Below, in pieces: positions 1 to 17,060 of a stretch of 64,000 bases of DNA (its first letter is position 1; each line of letters starts with the position of its first letter). This DNA comes from the human T2T-CHM13v2.0 reference genome, Homo sapiens. The notes beneath the pieces were generated by a model, which was not told the DNA's origin, ran no database searches, and was given only the letters and a program-made list of their open reading frames with translations. The stretch lies in NCBI RefSeq assembly GCF_009914755.1, contig NC_060926.1. One strand, written 5' to 3'. Made by a program: the position numbers and the translations under genes.

Positions 1-407
1 TAGTTTTAACATTGTGTGTGGTATGAGCATCTTTTCATGTTTGAATGTTTTTATTCCTTTCTATGAACTGTCTTTCCATATTCTTTGATGATTTTTCTAC
101 TAAGTTGTTGTTGGCTTTTTTTTTTTTTTAACTGATTTTTATGAGCTCTTCTGTATTGGGAAAAGTAGCTCATGGTCTAAGATTATGCATTGATAAAGCA
201 AAGAGTTATTTCAATTTAAAGTAAAAATTCCTAATGCTACTTTTCATAGTATTGATATCAGAACTCTGTGGAATCCTAATTCCTTACAAGGAAAGTTATT
301 AAGTATATTCTTTTGATTGTAAGATACCAATAATTTTATAGTTCACCATAGATTCCATGTCAGCTATTTAAGGAAAGAAGAGAATACCACATTAAAGTTA
401 ATACTTA

Positions 408-706
<299 letters not shown>

Positions 707-1808
707 TAATCAAGTTTTTTTTTTGTTGTTGTTGTTAAGAGTGTTATGTACTTAACAACCATTAGCATTTTCTTGTAGCATCATGGAAAATATTTTCCAA
801 AACCTGAGTCATTTTCTTGATCTCTTTAACACCTGATAGTTGGAGAGTGTCAAAGGAATATCAGGACTTCATTGGTATTTTACTTATTTGAGAATTTGGC
901 TTAGTTTGCACATTGGACGCATGATTATAAGCATGAGACAACTTATCCCTCTACCTGACTAATGATAAGTTTCTCCTAGCATCAGTTAATAGGAGAGCAT
1001 ATCAATTTTAGAAATTTTATAGTGCATAATACAAAGGAACATTTTAGAATTCAAGAAAATGTAGATTAAACAGAACTAATATTTACGGGGTCTTGCTTAT
1101 AAATTATATGTCAGGGCTTTCTAAATCAAAGATCATCCAAAGCATAAAGAAGAAATAGTGTCAAGTTTAAAAAAATATCCAGGGAGAGAGTAGTGTTACA
1201 CGTATTGTTCCACACACCTTAATGTTCTTTCGGCTCAAAATTTGGGAGAGGAAGATGGCAGTAAATGATACAAATTCCTTCCAAATAGCAAAGACACAGA
1301 TTACAAATCCTGTTTTCTCACTTTTAGCTTTCAATTCCTGGGTTAGCTGGGTATTTTGTAACAGATTTTTAGAAAGGAAAATTAGAATTTAATTTTTGTG
1401 CCATTGCTTATTTAATTAGCACATCTGTTTTATCTGCTGACCTTCCAAAAGAACCATATAGGTAGTAACTTAACCAAAAATACACTCACTGGAATCATTG
1501 TTTTTTAACATGTTGTATATAGGTTGTAAAATCTATAAAATACTATTGGGTAGTAAAATCTATAAAAGACTTTGGAGAAAAATATTAGCGCCTGGCTGTT
1601 GTATCATACCAGAATGTTGAATTGTATCATACCAGAATGATTTAACACATCATTTGTTGTGTGAGAAAAATTAGAAAATTAGAAAACTGTAAAAAATTAG
1701 AAACATGCATATAACTTTACTTACAATGAAATCTTTTGTATATAAATTAAATGAAAAATTTGAGGGAAGTGGAGAGATTAACTTTAACTTTTAAAATTTG
1801 TATTTTAG

Positions 1809-1997
<189 letters not shown>

Positions 1998-2268
1998 TAA
2001 TGAGCTTTACATTTATTAAGGTCTGGATTTGGAACTGGTCTGTATGCACACGGCTAGCTAGCTTATCTTTGAGTTGTCACATAAGCTTTGGAGTTTAAGA
2101 AATGAATCAAAGGCCATGTTAGAAGCTTCTGTGCATATGTACACACTAGAGATAAGTAGCTTTAATTGTGTATAAATGGGATCATGTCTTCCATAATCTG
2201 GCTCCTGTAACTTGGCTTTTTTCCATGTGCTAGGCTACAAATGTGTTTTTATATCAATACATATAGAT

Positions 2269-2552
2269 GCTGGGTGCAGTAGCTGACATTTGTAATCCCA
2301 ACACTTTGGTAGGCCAAGGGGCAGCTCTCTTGAGGTCAGGAGTTTAAGACCAGCCTGACCATGTAGTGAAACCTTGTCTCTAGAAAAAGTACAAAAATTA
2401 GCCTGGCGTGGTAGCTGCGCCTGTAGGTCCAGCTACTCGAGAGGCTGAGGTGAGAGGATTGCATGAGTCTGGGAGATCAAGGCTGCAGTGAGCCGTGTTT
2501 GTGCCACTGCACTCCTCTCTGGGTGACAGAACAAGATCCTATCTCGAAAATA
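2269..2552 (+). mobile_element. Alu (old, AluJ-like)
   Basis: Diverged dimeric Alu consensus. Confidence 0.9.
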
Positions 2553-2649
2553 AATGCATATTCATATCTTTATCTGAAAGTCCATGTGGCAGTCAGTCCA
2601 TGTGTAGATGTACTACGATGGATATTTATTGTTCTTATTTTTACCCTGA

Positions 2650-2965
<316 letters not shown>

Positions 2966-3100
2966 TTTATTATTTTTTTTAAGAGACTTTTGAATGTTTT
3001 TATCCCTTTGAAGCTCGCTCTGTTTGAATGTTTTTATTCCTTTGAAGCTTGCTCTGTTGCCCAGGCTGGAGTGCAGTGGTGCGATCATAGCTCACTGCAA
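2966..3100 (-). mobile_element. Alu 3' fragment interrupted by a duplicated insertion
   Basis: Poly-T, GAGAC, then GCTCTGTTGCCCAGGCTGGAGTGCAGTGG...CACTGCAAC. Confidence 0.8.
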
Positions 3101-4849
3101 CGTGGATCTTCTGATGGATATTTAGATTGCTTACATTTTCAGTGCTATGATCAATGTTTTTATATAGACAAGTTTTTGGGCTTGTGCTCTTTGTTACCTT
3201 GTAGTAAGGACACGTTCCTAGGATAATAATGGTGATTTTTGTGTTTTGGATATATTATCTCATTTAACACTTAGGTCACTCTATGGGGGTGACTACCATC
3301 GTGTCAATTGTGAAGATCACAAAATTGTACCATAAAGGACAATTAAGAAATTTGACCGGAGTTACACAATAAAGAATGGACAAGCTGACATTTATTTTTT
3401 GGAGTATCTTAATTGGGCCTTCAGTTTGAAGGATGTTTGTCCTAGGTCTAAAGTAGGCTGTGCTTGTTGTTCAGTACTTTGCAGGAATCATTCCATTGCT
3501 TTCTGGTCTGTCTGGCTGATAGCCTGGAATTTTTTATTGAGTGCTAGGCATTGGGTATGAAAAAACTGTAGCGGTATTTTGAGGGCTGGATGGTGTTATT
3601 TTTCTCTCCAGAGTTGACTTGTCCTTCTTTTGGGCAGATAAGGTGTAGGAGGTATCTTCATTCTGTCAGGAATTGTTGAGCTTCCTAAAGGCTAAATAGG
3701 AATTTAGCCTTCAGTCTTTGTGAGGACTGGTCTGTTCATGGTTCATTCCTGCTCCTGAATCCCTAGGTATCTACTGCTGTACGCTGAACTCGGCTTTTGT
3801 CCCTTAGTCCTCTAAGACTGCCAAAAGTTGTGCTCAGCCAATTTACCTTTAGTTTATTGCATGCAACTTGGAAAATGCCTTGAGGAGAAAAGCATAGACT
3901 GTCAGGCCCATTTCTTACTGCTTCCATTTTCTCTGGGATCTTTGTCTGTTAGCACTTGCTGTCTGTCCGCTCTGCCCAGCATTTCTGTTTGTTACTAAAA
4001 GAGGATTGGTCTCTTAAGCTATTTGCTGTAACAGAAGGAGATGAGGGGCTGCAGCTTGCTCCCAGGTCTGAATCCTGAGGCCTTTTCAGTAGAATTGCTG
4101 GAAATAAGCCTTAAAATCTTTATCCAGAGAGTTCTGTCTGTTGATAAGCATACGACGATTAACATATCTTTTTTGTTTGATTTAATGGATATTCTTTCAT
4201 TTCTATCTTTGACAATTAATGGTGTCCTGAAGTAAAGAAACATGTAGGCATTATACATAGAAATATCTTTCAGCCCTTTGGAATCCACTCTGGTTGGTTC
4301 ATGTACTTTGAAAAATACTGAATGGATATTGACCTAGATTCCATGGTACCATGTTGAGAATTGTGCCTAGCTACTGAGAGTCTTTTTTCTAAGGTTTGTA
4401 GATATTGGATTCATTAATAATTTAGTGATCTTGATAGGTTTTGTGCCTCTGGATATTTTTTATAAGAGTGGTAGGTATGATCTTAATCGTTTATCTAAAC
4501 TCTTTCCTTGCTTCATATGAATTCTTAGTAGAAATTTGGAAACTTAAGGATGAGAGAATGATAGCTTTGTTCTCCTTTCTGTTTTACCCGTCTTTTTAAG
4601 TGGATTTTTGTTAACATTCCAGCCTCAGAATTATTAGGTCTGGAACCATTTCAGTCCTGAGAGAGCCAGACAGGTGGATGGAATGTTTATTAATACTGAA
4701 CATGTTTGAATTATTTCCTCTTCTCCCATTTTTCTTGAATAGTGCTTTAATTGTGTTAACTATTTGTAGCATGTTTCTAAGACTGGATTCCCTTACTCCC
4801 AGTCCACTGGCATTTCTCGTATGCCTTGATCCCAACCCAGGATGCCAAG

Positions 4850-5200
4850 TGTATTAGTTTTTATCACGCTGCTATGAAGAAATTCCTGAGACTGGGCAAT
4901 TTATAAAGAAAAGAGGTTTAATTGACTCACAGTTCCACACGGTTGGGGAGGCCTCAGGAATCTTATAATCATGGCAGAAGGCACCTCTTCAGAGGGCGGC
5001 AGGAGAGGGAATGAGTGCAAGCGAGAGAAATGCCAGACGCTTACTGTCAGATCTCATGAGACTCATTCATTGTCATGAGAACTACGTGGGGGAAACTGCC
5101 CCCATGATCCAGTTACCTCCACCTAGTCCCGCCTGTTGACACATGGGGATTATTATAATTCAGGGTGAGATTTAGGTGGGGACACAGCCAAACCGTATCA
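4850..5200 (-). mobile_element. THE1-type MaLR solo LTR
   Basis: TG...CA termini, THE1 consensus motifs, 5-bp TSD CCAAG at 4845-4849 and 5201-5205. Confidence 0.92.
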
Positions 5201-5384
5201 CCAAGATTATCTTTGAAGGTCTAGACATCTATGAAGCTGGCTTTTGCTACTAAGTTTTCTGGGAACCAGAGGAATCAGATTTATAGTTGATGACTCAAAT
5301 AGCAGATAAAGATAAAAGATATATAACATTAATAATACCTTAGAGTAATAAATTCTTAAGAAATCCTAATAGCTTTTTTAAATT

Positions 5385-6830
<1,446 letters not shown>

Positions 6831-7434
6831 AACTTATCTGTTGGCTGTAGCAAATATCCTCTGTCCATTTAGCATACAGACGTGGACTATCATCCTTCTT
6901 TTCCATTTGTATTCATGCCTGATACTAAAGATAGTGATATTTTTGGGCGTTATTCTTGTTGTTCTATTTGGACTGGTAATTCCTAATGGTTTTTGAACAG
7001 TTTCAACTTAAGTTATTCTAAACAAAAGAGAAAATGATCGTAATTTGATTTTTCCAAAGTCTTGGCTGTCTGTGTGCATCATAACGATTTGTGATGTTTA
7101 TGAAACAATTCTCCGCATTGGTTCTGAACGTAAATTTTACCATGTCTCCAGATATTTAAAAGTACTCTGGTCAAGAAAATATTGTTTGTCAGTTTTGGAA
7201 TGGATATGGTAGTTCTTACCTCATGTGATATAAAAAGGCTTAATCCACAATTGCTACAAAATAACATGAGTTTGTGTCTATGGATGCATTGTGCTAAGTT
7301 CCACCCCAAATGTGTTAAATATTTAAGTAAATCATGGTAGTGTGTAGGAGAACAGTTAATTTCCCTCTGTCATTTGAGTGGTATAACTATGTTGTAGGTC
7401 TTTTACATTAAATAGAACTAAGAAACTTAAAGTT

Positions 7435-7730
7435 GGCCAGGTGTGGTGGCTCACACCTGTTGTAATCCTGGCACTCTGGGAGGCTGAGGCACGTAGATGA
7501 CTTGAGCTCAGGAGTTCGAGACCAGCCTGGCCAACATGGTGAAACCCCATCTCTACTAAAAATACAAAAATTAGCCAGGCATGGTGGTGCATGCGCCTGT
7601 AATTGAAGCGTGAGAATCTCTTGCACCCGGGAGGTGGAGGTTACAGTGAGCCGAGATTGTGCCGTTGGAGATTGTCCCATTGTGCCTGGGAGACAGAGTG
7701 AGACTCTGACTCAAAAAAACCACAAAAAAT
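7435..7730 (+). mobile_element. Alu (AluS-like, internal deletion in right arm)
   Basis: Alu consensus; tail ends ~75 nt before ATIC exon 13. Confidence 0.9.
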
Positions 7731-7759
7731 AATATTTAAAAAAAGAAGCTTAAAGTTAA

Positions 7760-7948
<189 letters not shown>

Positions 7949-9177
7949 TGATATTTAAACATCCGTCTGCCTTAGATATTGGACAGCTTGAAAGGGAATA
8001 TTTGCCAAATGTTTGTCTTTTGTGTTTGTCAGTGTTTCCTCAGTACCCTGGTGGGCTGTTAAAACTAATGATGATCAGAAAATATCTTTGGAACCAGGTA
8101 CTCAAAGTAGTTGTGCTGCTTCTTGCCTTGAATAGGTTGGCACATTTTGGATTAGTGAGACTCTAATAGCTGTTACAAAACTGGATTATTTCCTTTCCTT
8201 TTCCCCCATTGGTATTATTTCCAGGGAAGAGGAGGTAAGTTACGGTACTGCCACCCACCAGCCTATATTTTTGCAGCCTGCAGGGTATTTTCACATTATT
8301 TCTTATGTTGTCTTATCAAGAATCTGCTGAGTAGAAAGACTGCTAGACTAGGAGTTAACTTCATCTTTAAAAAGTTAGGTTCATTGAGGCATAATTTGTA
8401 TACAGTAGAATTCACCTTTTTAAAGTACAGTTTGACCAGTTTTCACAAATTTCACAGTATGTGACTGCTGCCACAATTAAATACCAAACATTTCTCACTG
8501 TGTGACGTTAAGCAAGATATTACACTTCTTTCCTAGTGTCCCGAGCCTCAGAATACAAGATGGAGCTGGTTCATCTCTGAGGTCTCTGCTAGCCTTTTCT
8601 TCACATGGTGTCCTGAGCTTATCTCTTGGCATTTGTTAAATTATTTGGCCCACAAGTGACAGGGAGGTGGGTGGATATGAATTAGCCTATGCCCTGGAAG
8701 ACCCCAGATTGCCAGTCTCTGTAGTAACAAACTCCTGGGAGATTGTGTCTACTGGTGTCAGGTTCTAAGAAGTTCTGTAAGTCCATGTAGAATGAGTGCT
8801 TCATTCCTGATGTTGAGGAGGAGGCGGCTGCCCAGGTATTTGTGGTCTCTTTTATTCTCTTGTAGCTGTGGGCAGGGTTGCCAGCAGCTGTGCTCAGAAA
8901 GAGATGGACTGTTGGGCAGACAGCTTAGGGGCTGTTCATTATAGGAACTAAAACCAGAAAACACACCTGTGCATTTAAGTCCTTGTTGCTTAGAATTCAA
9001 CCCATAGAAATAGAGGAAAGAAGGAAGAACATTTGTACCTGGCGGAATTGTTTCTACTTTTAGCTACCCATGTCAGATCCTTATCTCAATTTCTGAGAGT
9101 TGATATTTTAACTGTAATTTATACACTGGGGCAAACAAAAGACTTTCAAGTAACCATAGTTATTTTTGTGGTCATTA

Positions 9178-9488
9178 GTTTTATTTATTTATTTATTTAT
9201 TTTTTATAGAGACAGGGTCTTGCTCTGTTGCCCAGGCCAGAGTACAGTGACATGATCATAGCTCATTGTAGCCTTCGACTCCTGGCCTCAAGCGGTCCTA
9301 CCACTTCAGCCTCCTGAGTAGCTGGGACTGCAGGTGTGCGCCACTACCCCTAGCTATTTTTTAATTCTTATTTTTTGTAGAGATGAGATGTTGCCATCTT
9401 GCCCAGGCTGGTCTCCTGAGCTCAAGCAATCCTTCTGTCCTAACCTCACAAAGTGCTGGGATTACAGGCATGAGCCAGTGCACCCAGC
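9178..9488 (-). mobile_element. Alu (AluJ-like)
   Basis: Reverse Alu with (TTTA)n tail and TSD-like TGGTCATT. Confidence 0.9.
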
Positions 9489-9736
9489 ATTGGTCATTTA
9501 TTTTAACTTTTTTTTTTTTTTGACCTCAAACCATCAATTTTATTGAATTGTAGATTATTAATAGTCATATGTCACATATCACTGAAGAGGTATAAATAGT
9601 AGTTATAAACAAACCTCTTACTCCACCCCTTTTAATGACTTAAAAATTATTTATATTTCTCTTATTTTGGCCTGATATGTTCTTCCACAAAACTAATAAA
9701 TAGGTTTTGGAGAATGTGCACAAAAGATCCTTTTGA

Positions 9737-10003
<267 letters not shown>

Positions 10004-10869
10004 TAATATTCAGTTCATCCCTTTATGTGTAACAGATTTTAACTTCATCACCACACAGAGAAAAAGATACTTTCATTGAAATTCTATGTTGTCTAAAATT
10101 GATCATTGAAACTTCTTACACATTTCTCATGTTCTTCTGTCTCATGTAACTTTCTTCATTGTTTTTGACCCCTTTCTGAAACCACAGTCCTCTGTCTTTT
10201 TAAATTGCAGCCTTGGTGTAGGTTTGTATATTTGTACTTCCCCTGTTGATTATAAGCTTTTGATGACAAGGACTGCTTTTCACCTACGTCGAGGTGCCTG
10301 CCACCACGTCATGCATGGTGCTTGCTGTCCGATGGGTCTGTATTCAACATTAAATACAAATTGCCTGACGGCAGGTAACCCTGGGGTCTTCTCCCACCAC
10401 ATTTTCTACATGTGCCATTAATAACTTGATACATTTTGTTACATTTCATGTTCTTCTGTTTGAAGAAGGTATGTGGGAACATTACAATCGCAAACGTTAG
10501 GTAGGTAGCCCGCCAGAAGAAAAGATCTAGCCCAGTTTCTGGACATATTGCGTGCCTAACAAAATGCTGGATGGAAAACAGAAGCCTGCTAATCAAATAC
10601 TAGATGGTCTTCTGAAGAGCCAATTGACTACCCTCAGTTTTTTATTCAGGAGCAGGAATCAACATAAGTGTCATTGAAGAGTGAGGCTGCAGAATGTAAC
10701 TGAAGTCCTTAAGATATCTTTTTTTTTTCAACTTTGATACTTGGATTTTTCTGTTTGATATTACCAGTCAACCCCTGCTACTAGTCCTGAAAGAGTCCTG
10801 GAAGTGAACAAGAATAAAAGTATGTCAAAGCTAAAACATGACCCAAGATAGAAGCACCTTGTAAAATAT

Positions 10870-11243
10870 GATTAACTGTCTGTGCCACTATGACACAATA
10901 CTGCAGGCTGGGTAACTTATAAACCATAGACATTTATTTTTCATAGTTCTGGAGGCTGTGAAGTCCCAGATCAAGGTACTGGTGGGCTGAGAGTCTGGGG
11001 AGGCCTACCCTCTGCTTCCCAGATGGCACAGCCCTCTCTGGAAAGGACAAACACTGTGTCCTTACTTCACAGAAGGGGCATACTTCCCCTGAAGCCCTTT
11101 TATAAGTCTGTAATCCATTCATGAGGGCCCCACCCTCATTGCCCAATAACTTTCTAAAGGCCTTATACTTCTTAATACTGTTGCATTGGGGATTAAGTTT
11201 CAACATGAATTTTGGAGTGGATACACACACTCAAACCATAGCA
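10870..11243 (-). mobile_element. MaLR LTR (MSTD/MLT1A-like)
   Basis: catagttctggaggctg...tcaaggt...tcaacatgaattttgg...caaaccatagca motifs. Confidence 0.8.
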
Positions 11244-11709
11244 AATATTATGAATTGTGTTTTGTCTACAACTGCCTTTACATTTAGAATAATTTTTGTA
11301 TAAATGTAGTTAAAGAACTACTCATCTCTTTCCTAGATTGGATATAGAGGGTTTTTTTGAAAACCCTTGGAACACAATTTTTATTTGCTTTCTTTGCTAC
11401 AGTAGTACCAAAGCAGTAGATTTAAATTAGACGGTAGTCTAATAGACATAAAGTAGTAGATACGAAGTAGATTTAAATTAGAGATTTTAAAACAGTGTAT
11501 TTTTATGTAAGTAGCTTAGCCAAAAATAAAAAAAATTACATATGTACTTGGAATAAACTGATTTGGAAAGTAAAATGGTATTATCTTTATTTGGTAAACT
11601 TAGAATCACTTTTTTTCCTTAATGAAAATATTTCTAAAAGCATCAAAGAGATTCTAGATATGTGAACTTCCATGTAAATAATGGTCATTATTTACAATTA
11701 AGAAATCCT

Positions 11710-12012
<303 letters not shown>

Positions 12013-12122
12013 AAACAAGTCCTAAGAAAAATGCCCAGGTGCTTTCTGGCATGGTGATTTGCACCACATAGAACTAAAGACGATGTCAGACCAAGCTTCT
12101 TCCTTTCTCTCTCCCCGCATAG

Positions 12123-12305
<183 letters not shown>

Positions 12306-12543
12306 TAGAGTTGAGCATTATGTAGAAACTGTTTCAGAAATCCTGCTTTTGATTTTTAAAAGGTGTGGCAAAGTGATACAGATCAGTAATATTCAGAGAA
12401 CCATTTGACTTCTCCATTGGGTGGATGGAGAACCCAAATCCTGTTGTTATTTTGCCTTTTTGACTGAGTGTATCTTTGTTAGCATATGCTTTTTAGAGGG
12501 GGATTTTGAGTTTTGCAGGTTTTTACATAAAATCGCGTTTTGA

Positions 12544-12684
<141 letters not shown>

Positions 12685-12765
12685 TTTTACCACACACTGT
12701 TTTTTGGCTTGCTTATGTGTAGGTGAACAGTCACGCCTGAAACTTTGAGGATAACTTTTTAAAAA

Positions 12766-12771
12766 AATAAA
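12766..12771 (+). terminator. ATIC polyadenylation signal
   Basis: AATAAA ~80 nt after the stop, followed by a GT/T-rich downstream element (~12800-12822). Confidence 0.85.
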
Positions 12772-13134
12772 ACAGTATCTCTTAATCACTGGATCCAGAG
12801 TTTTTGGTAGTTGTGTTTTATGTTAAAGATGCAGGCTCTTTGAACTGACACATGACACATAACACATAAATGAGGAATTCCAGAGCACCCCTGCCTACCG
12901 GAGCTCAGCCCATCCCACAGCACTGCCCGTGTGAAACATAAACATTAGCAGGAACCAAACGAGCTGAGCAGCCAGAGGACATGGCACAAGTCACTGTGTA
13001 CAGGCCACACTTAAGGACTGGGAGTTATACCCATCTTAAAGGTGGAGTATTGATGTAAATTACCTAGAATTCTTCTGCATGGGAGTTGTATATTAAAGGT
13101 CCATGTTGCCTCCTAGGGGAGTCTTCTCATGCCG

Positions 13135-13461
<327 letters not shown>

Positions 13462-14144
13462 CTCATGCCATTTATTTTTAATCACACTTCTGAGAAGCTT
13501 GGTTGTCTACTTTCCAAACAAACAGCAGATTGGCACCTGTGAACTGGAACCTTAGAGGGGATTGGTTTAAGTCTTGTTGACCCCCTCTATGCATAATCTG
13601 ATGTATATTTTTCTCAGTGCTAAGTGAAATGTTTCCCAGAATTTCAGCAGCCCGAGATTCACCCTCTGGAGCTGCATAAAAATGTAGTCAATATTTGGTG
13701 CTCAGAAATTGTACCCAATATTCCAATTACAGGCTTAATCACTACAGTGGGCACAGTGGGAGGGCAGTGCCTTCCTTCATCAGGACAGACCTGTGCATCT
13801 GTGTGTCCTGCCTGTGTGCTCCTGACCATTCCCGTGCATTGCACCTGTGTTCAACTAAAACCCTTTGCCATTGTTCACCTTTACCAATGAGTCCTACCCT
13901 CTTCCCAAGTCTTTAACTTATCCCCTTGCTAAATAAAAATTTCTGAAGTTTTTTCTTAATGGTCATCTTTCTAAGTTATTTCTGGTTCAGCTAATCTTCC
14001 AGCCCTGGCCTAGGACCTGCCCACATTGAAACAAGGCTGACTTGTGTGATCAGTAAAATACTGCAGAAAAAATAAGACTTTTGAGGCTAGGTCCTAATAC
14101 ATTGCAACTTCAGCCTTAGTTTCTTGGATTACTTCCTCTGGGAT

Positions 14145-14417
14145 AAGCCAAGACCACGTTGTAAGAGTTAAGCAGCCCTCCACAAGGAGAGATGCCATCT
14201 TGCTTACACTAGTTGCCAGCCACATGAGTGAGCCACCTCAGAGGTGGATCCTCCAGCTTCAGTCCCAGGCAACATCTGGCTTCAACCTCTTCAGAGACCT
14301 GAGCCAGAACTGCCCAAAAGAGCTCTTGAATTCCTGACCCACAGATACAGAGAGATGCATACTGTTGTTAAGCCACAAAGTTCTGGGGTAATTATGTAGC
14401 AGTAAATAGCTAATACA
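14145..14417 (+). mobile_element. MLT1-family LTR fragment
   Basis: gagacctgagccagaact...ttcctgacccacag...ttaagccac...atagctaataca 3' end. Confidence 0.75.
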
Positions 14418-14508
14418 GATTTTGGCTTGTAAATTAAGTGTGTGTTGTCTTTTTCATGGTTCTTTGGCTTGACCAAAGGTTAACATTAAGGGTATGATAA
14501 TGGGAACA

Positions 14509-14655
14509 GGCTGAGCACTGTGTCTCCTGTCTATAATCCCAGCACTTTGGGAGGATTGCTTGAGGCCAGGAGTTCAAGACCAGCCTGGGCAACATAGCGA
14601 CATCCTCATCTCTAAAAAAAGAGAAAATTTTAATTAGCTGGGCGTGGTGGCTCCT
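14509..14655 (+). mobile_element. Alu left arm / FLAM fragment
   Basis: Partial Alu consensus. Confidence 0.85.
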
Positions 14656-14674
14656 GTTTGTAGTGTTCTTCACA

Positions 14675-15320
14675 TAGATGAAGAATAAATAAGTGGAGAA
14701 TATGCAACTCCCATGCAGAAGAATTCTAGGTAATTTACATCAATACTCTACTGAGGGGTATAACTCCCAGTCCTTAAGTGTGGCCTGTACACAGTGACTT
14801 GCTTTCAAAGAGGAGAGTATAGAAATGGGAATAAAATAGTAACTACAGTGGAGAAAACTGACACTTTCTCAGCCAGATGATCAAGGTCAACGTCAATAGT
14901 GTCATGTTGCTAGGAAATACCTCAAAATAGGAGAATGGCACTTTACCTTTTTGGTCTTCTTTCCAAAACCCTGTACTCTCAGCTTAATCATGAGAAAAAC
15001 ATCAGATATAACCTAGCCGAAGGACTTTACAAAATACCTTCCTTCTGTCAAGATCATCAAAAAGAGAAGCATGAGAAACTTTCATGCCTAGAAGGGCCTA
15101 AGGAGATGTGGTGAGTAAATGCAGTGTGGTGTCCTGGATAGCATCCTGGAACAAAAAAAGGACATTAGGTAAAAACTAAGAAAATCTAAAGTGTTTAGTT
15201 AATATGTATCAATATTGGTTCACTAATTGTAATAAATGTACCATGCTAATGTAAAATACTAATAAAAGGGGAAATTAGGTGTGATGTATCCTCACAATTT
15301 TTTCTATAAATCTAAAACTC
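14675..15320 (+). mobile_element. L1MC-type 3' end fragment
   Basis: gtgtggtgtcctggat...ggaacaaaaaaaggacattagg...aatgtaccatgctaatgta motifs. Confidence 0.75.
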
Positions 15321-15321
15321 A

Positions 15322-15823
<502 letters not shown>

Positions 15824-16577
15824 TCAAGTATCTTCAACACCTGGTTTCTCCTCTTTAGATTTTTTTCTTGCAGTCGATTGACTGAAGATTTTTGGTCTCA
15901 TAGTTTCCCACATGCTGGGCTGTGCCCTTGCATTCCTGTGATGTCATTTAATTTGTGCCTCTGCTCCTTTCTTACACATTGATAGCCGTAGTTATGTAAA
16001 TTTTTTTAGTTTGATTTGTTGAGAATTTAGAAAAAGGTTTTGAGACTTCCCTCCATGAGGATGAGTTTTCCAATTTCTTCCTGCAGGTTTATAAATGTTC
16101 ACTTCCTATATATTTGAGGCTAAAAACACGGACCATGTTTAAAGTTATTATTGCTTTTGGTTTTGAGTTTTCTTTAATGCATTTTGTGAACCTTTCCCTT
16201 TGCGCTCAGCCTATTTGTATTCAATTATTGATACATTTGAGGCCTATTTTTACTATCCTGTAAAGTTTGACCCACTTTTAATTCCTTCCTTGACATTGTT
16301 TTGAATGTACGGTTGTATTTCCCCCCTAATAAGCTAAAAGCTTTAACTCCCAGTTTCTCCCCCATCACCCCTACCTACCCCACCCCATTCCAAACTCCTG
16401 TTGATTCCTGGACTTGGGGTCACATTTTCACTTAGCCTATTTTTTAAGACCAGACTTTCTAAGGTTTGTGTTTACCTTCACTTCATCTATCTATTGCAGT
16501 GCCTCCAGTTTCTCCTCTTGTGTTAACTGTGTGCAGTGTCTGTGTGATGAAGCTTCTGAGATCTTACATGTCTAAGG

Positions 16578-16891
<314 letters not shown>

Positions 16892-17060
16892 AACTAAGGA
16901 TATTTTTATCATGCTTGTATATTTGAATTCATTTTGGCTATGCTTACAATTCTGGGTTTTAAATTCTTTAATACTTTGAAAACACTGTTTGGTTTTTTAT
17001 TGCATCCATTGTTTATTTAAAATTTGATGTCAATCTGGTTCTTGTTCCTTGTCAGGAAAC

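Noticed and set aside
1526-1703. Spaced short direct repeats as a CRISPR-like array
   Set aside because: Only two copies per unit, different units, human intron, no cas genes.
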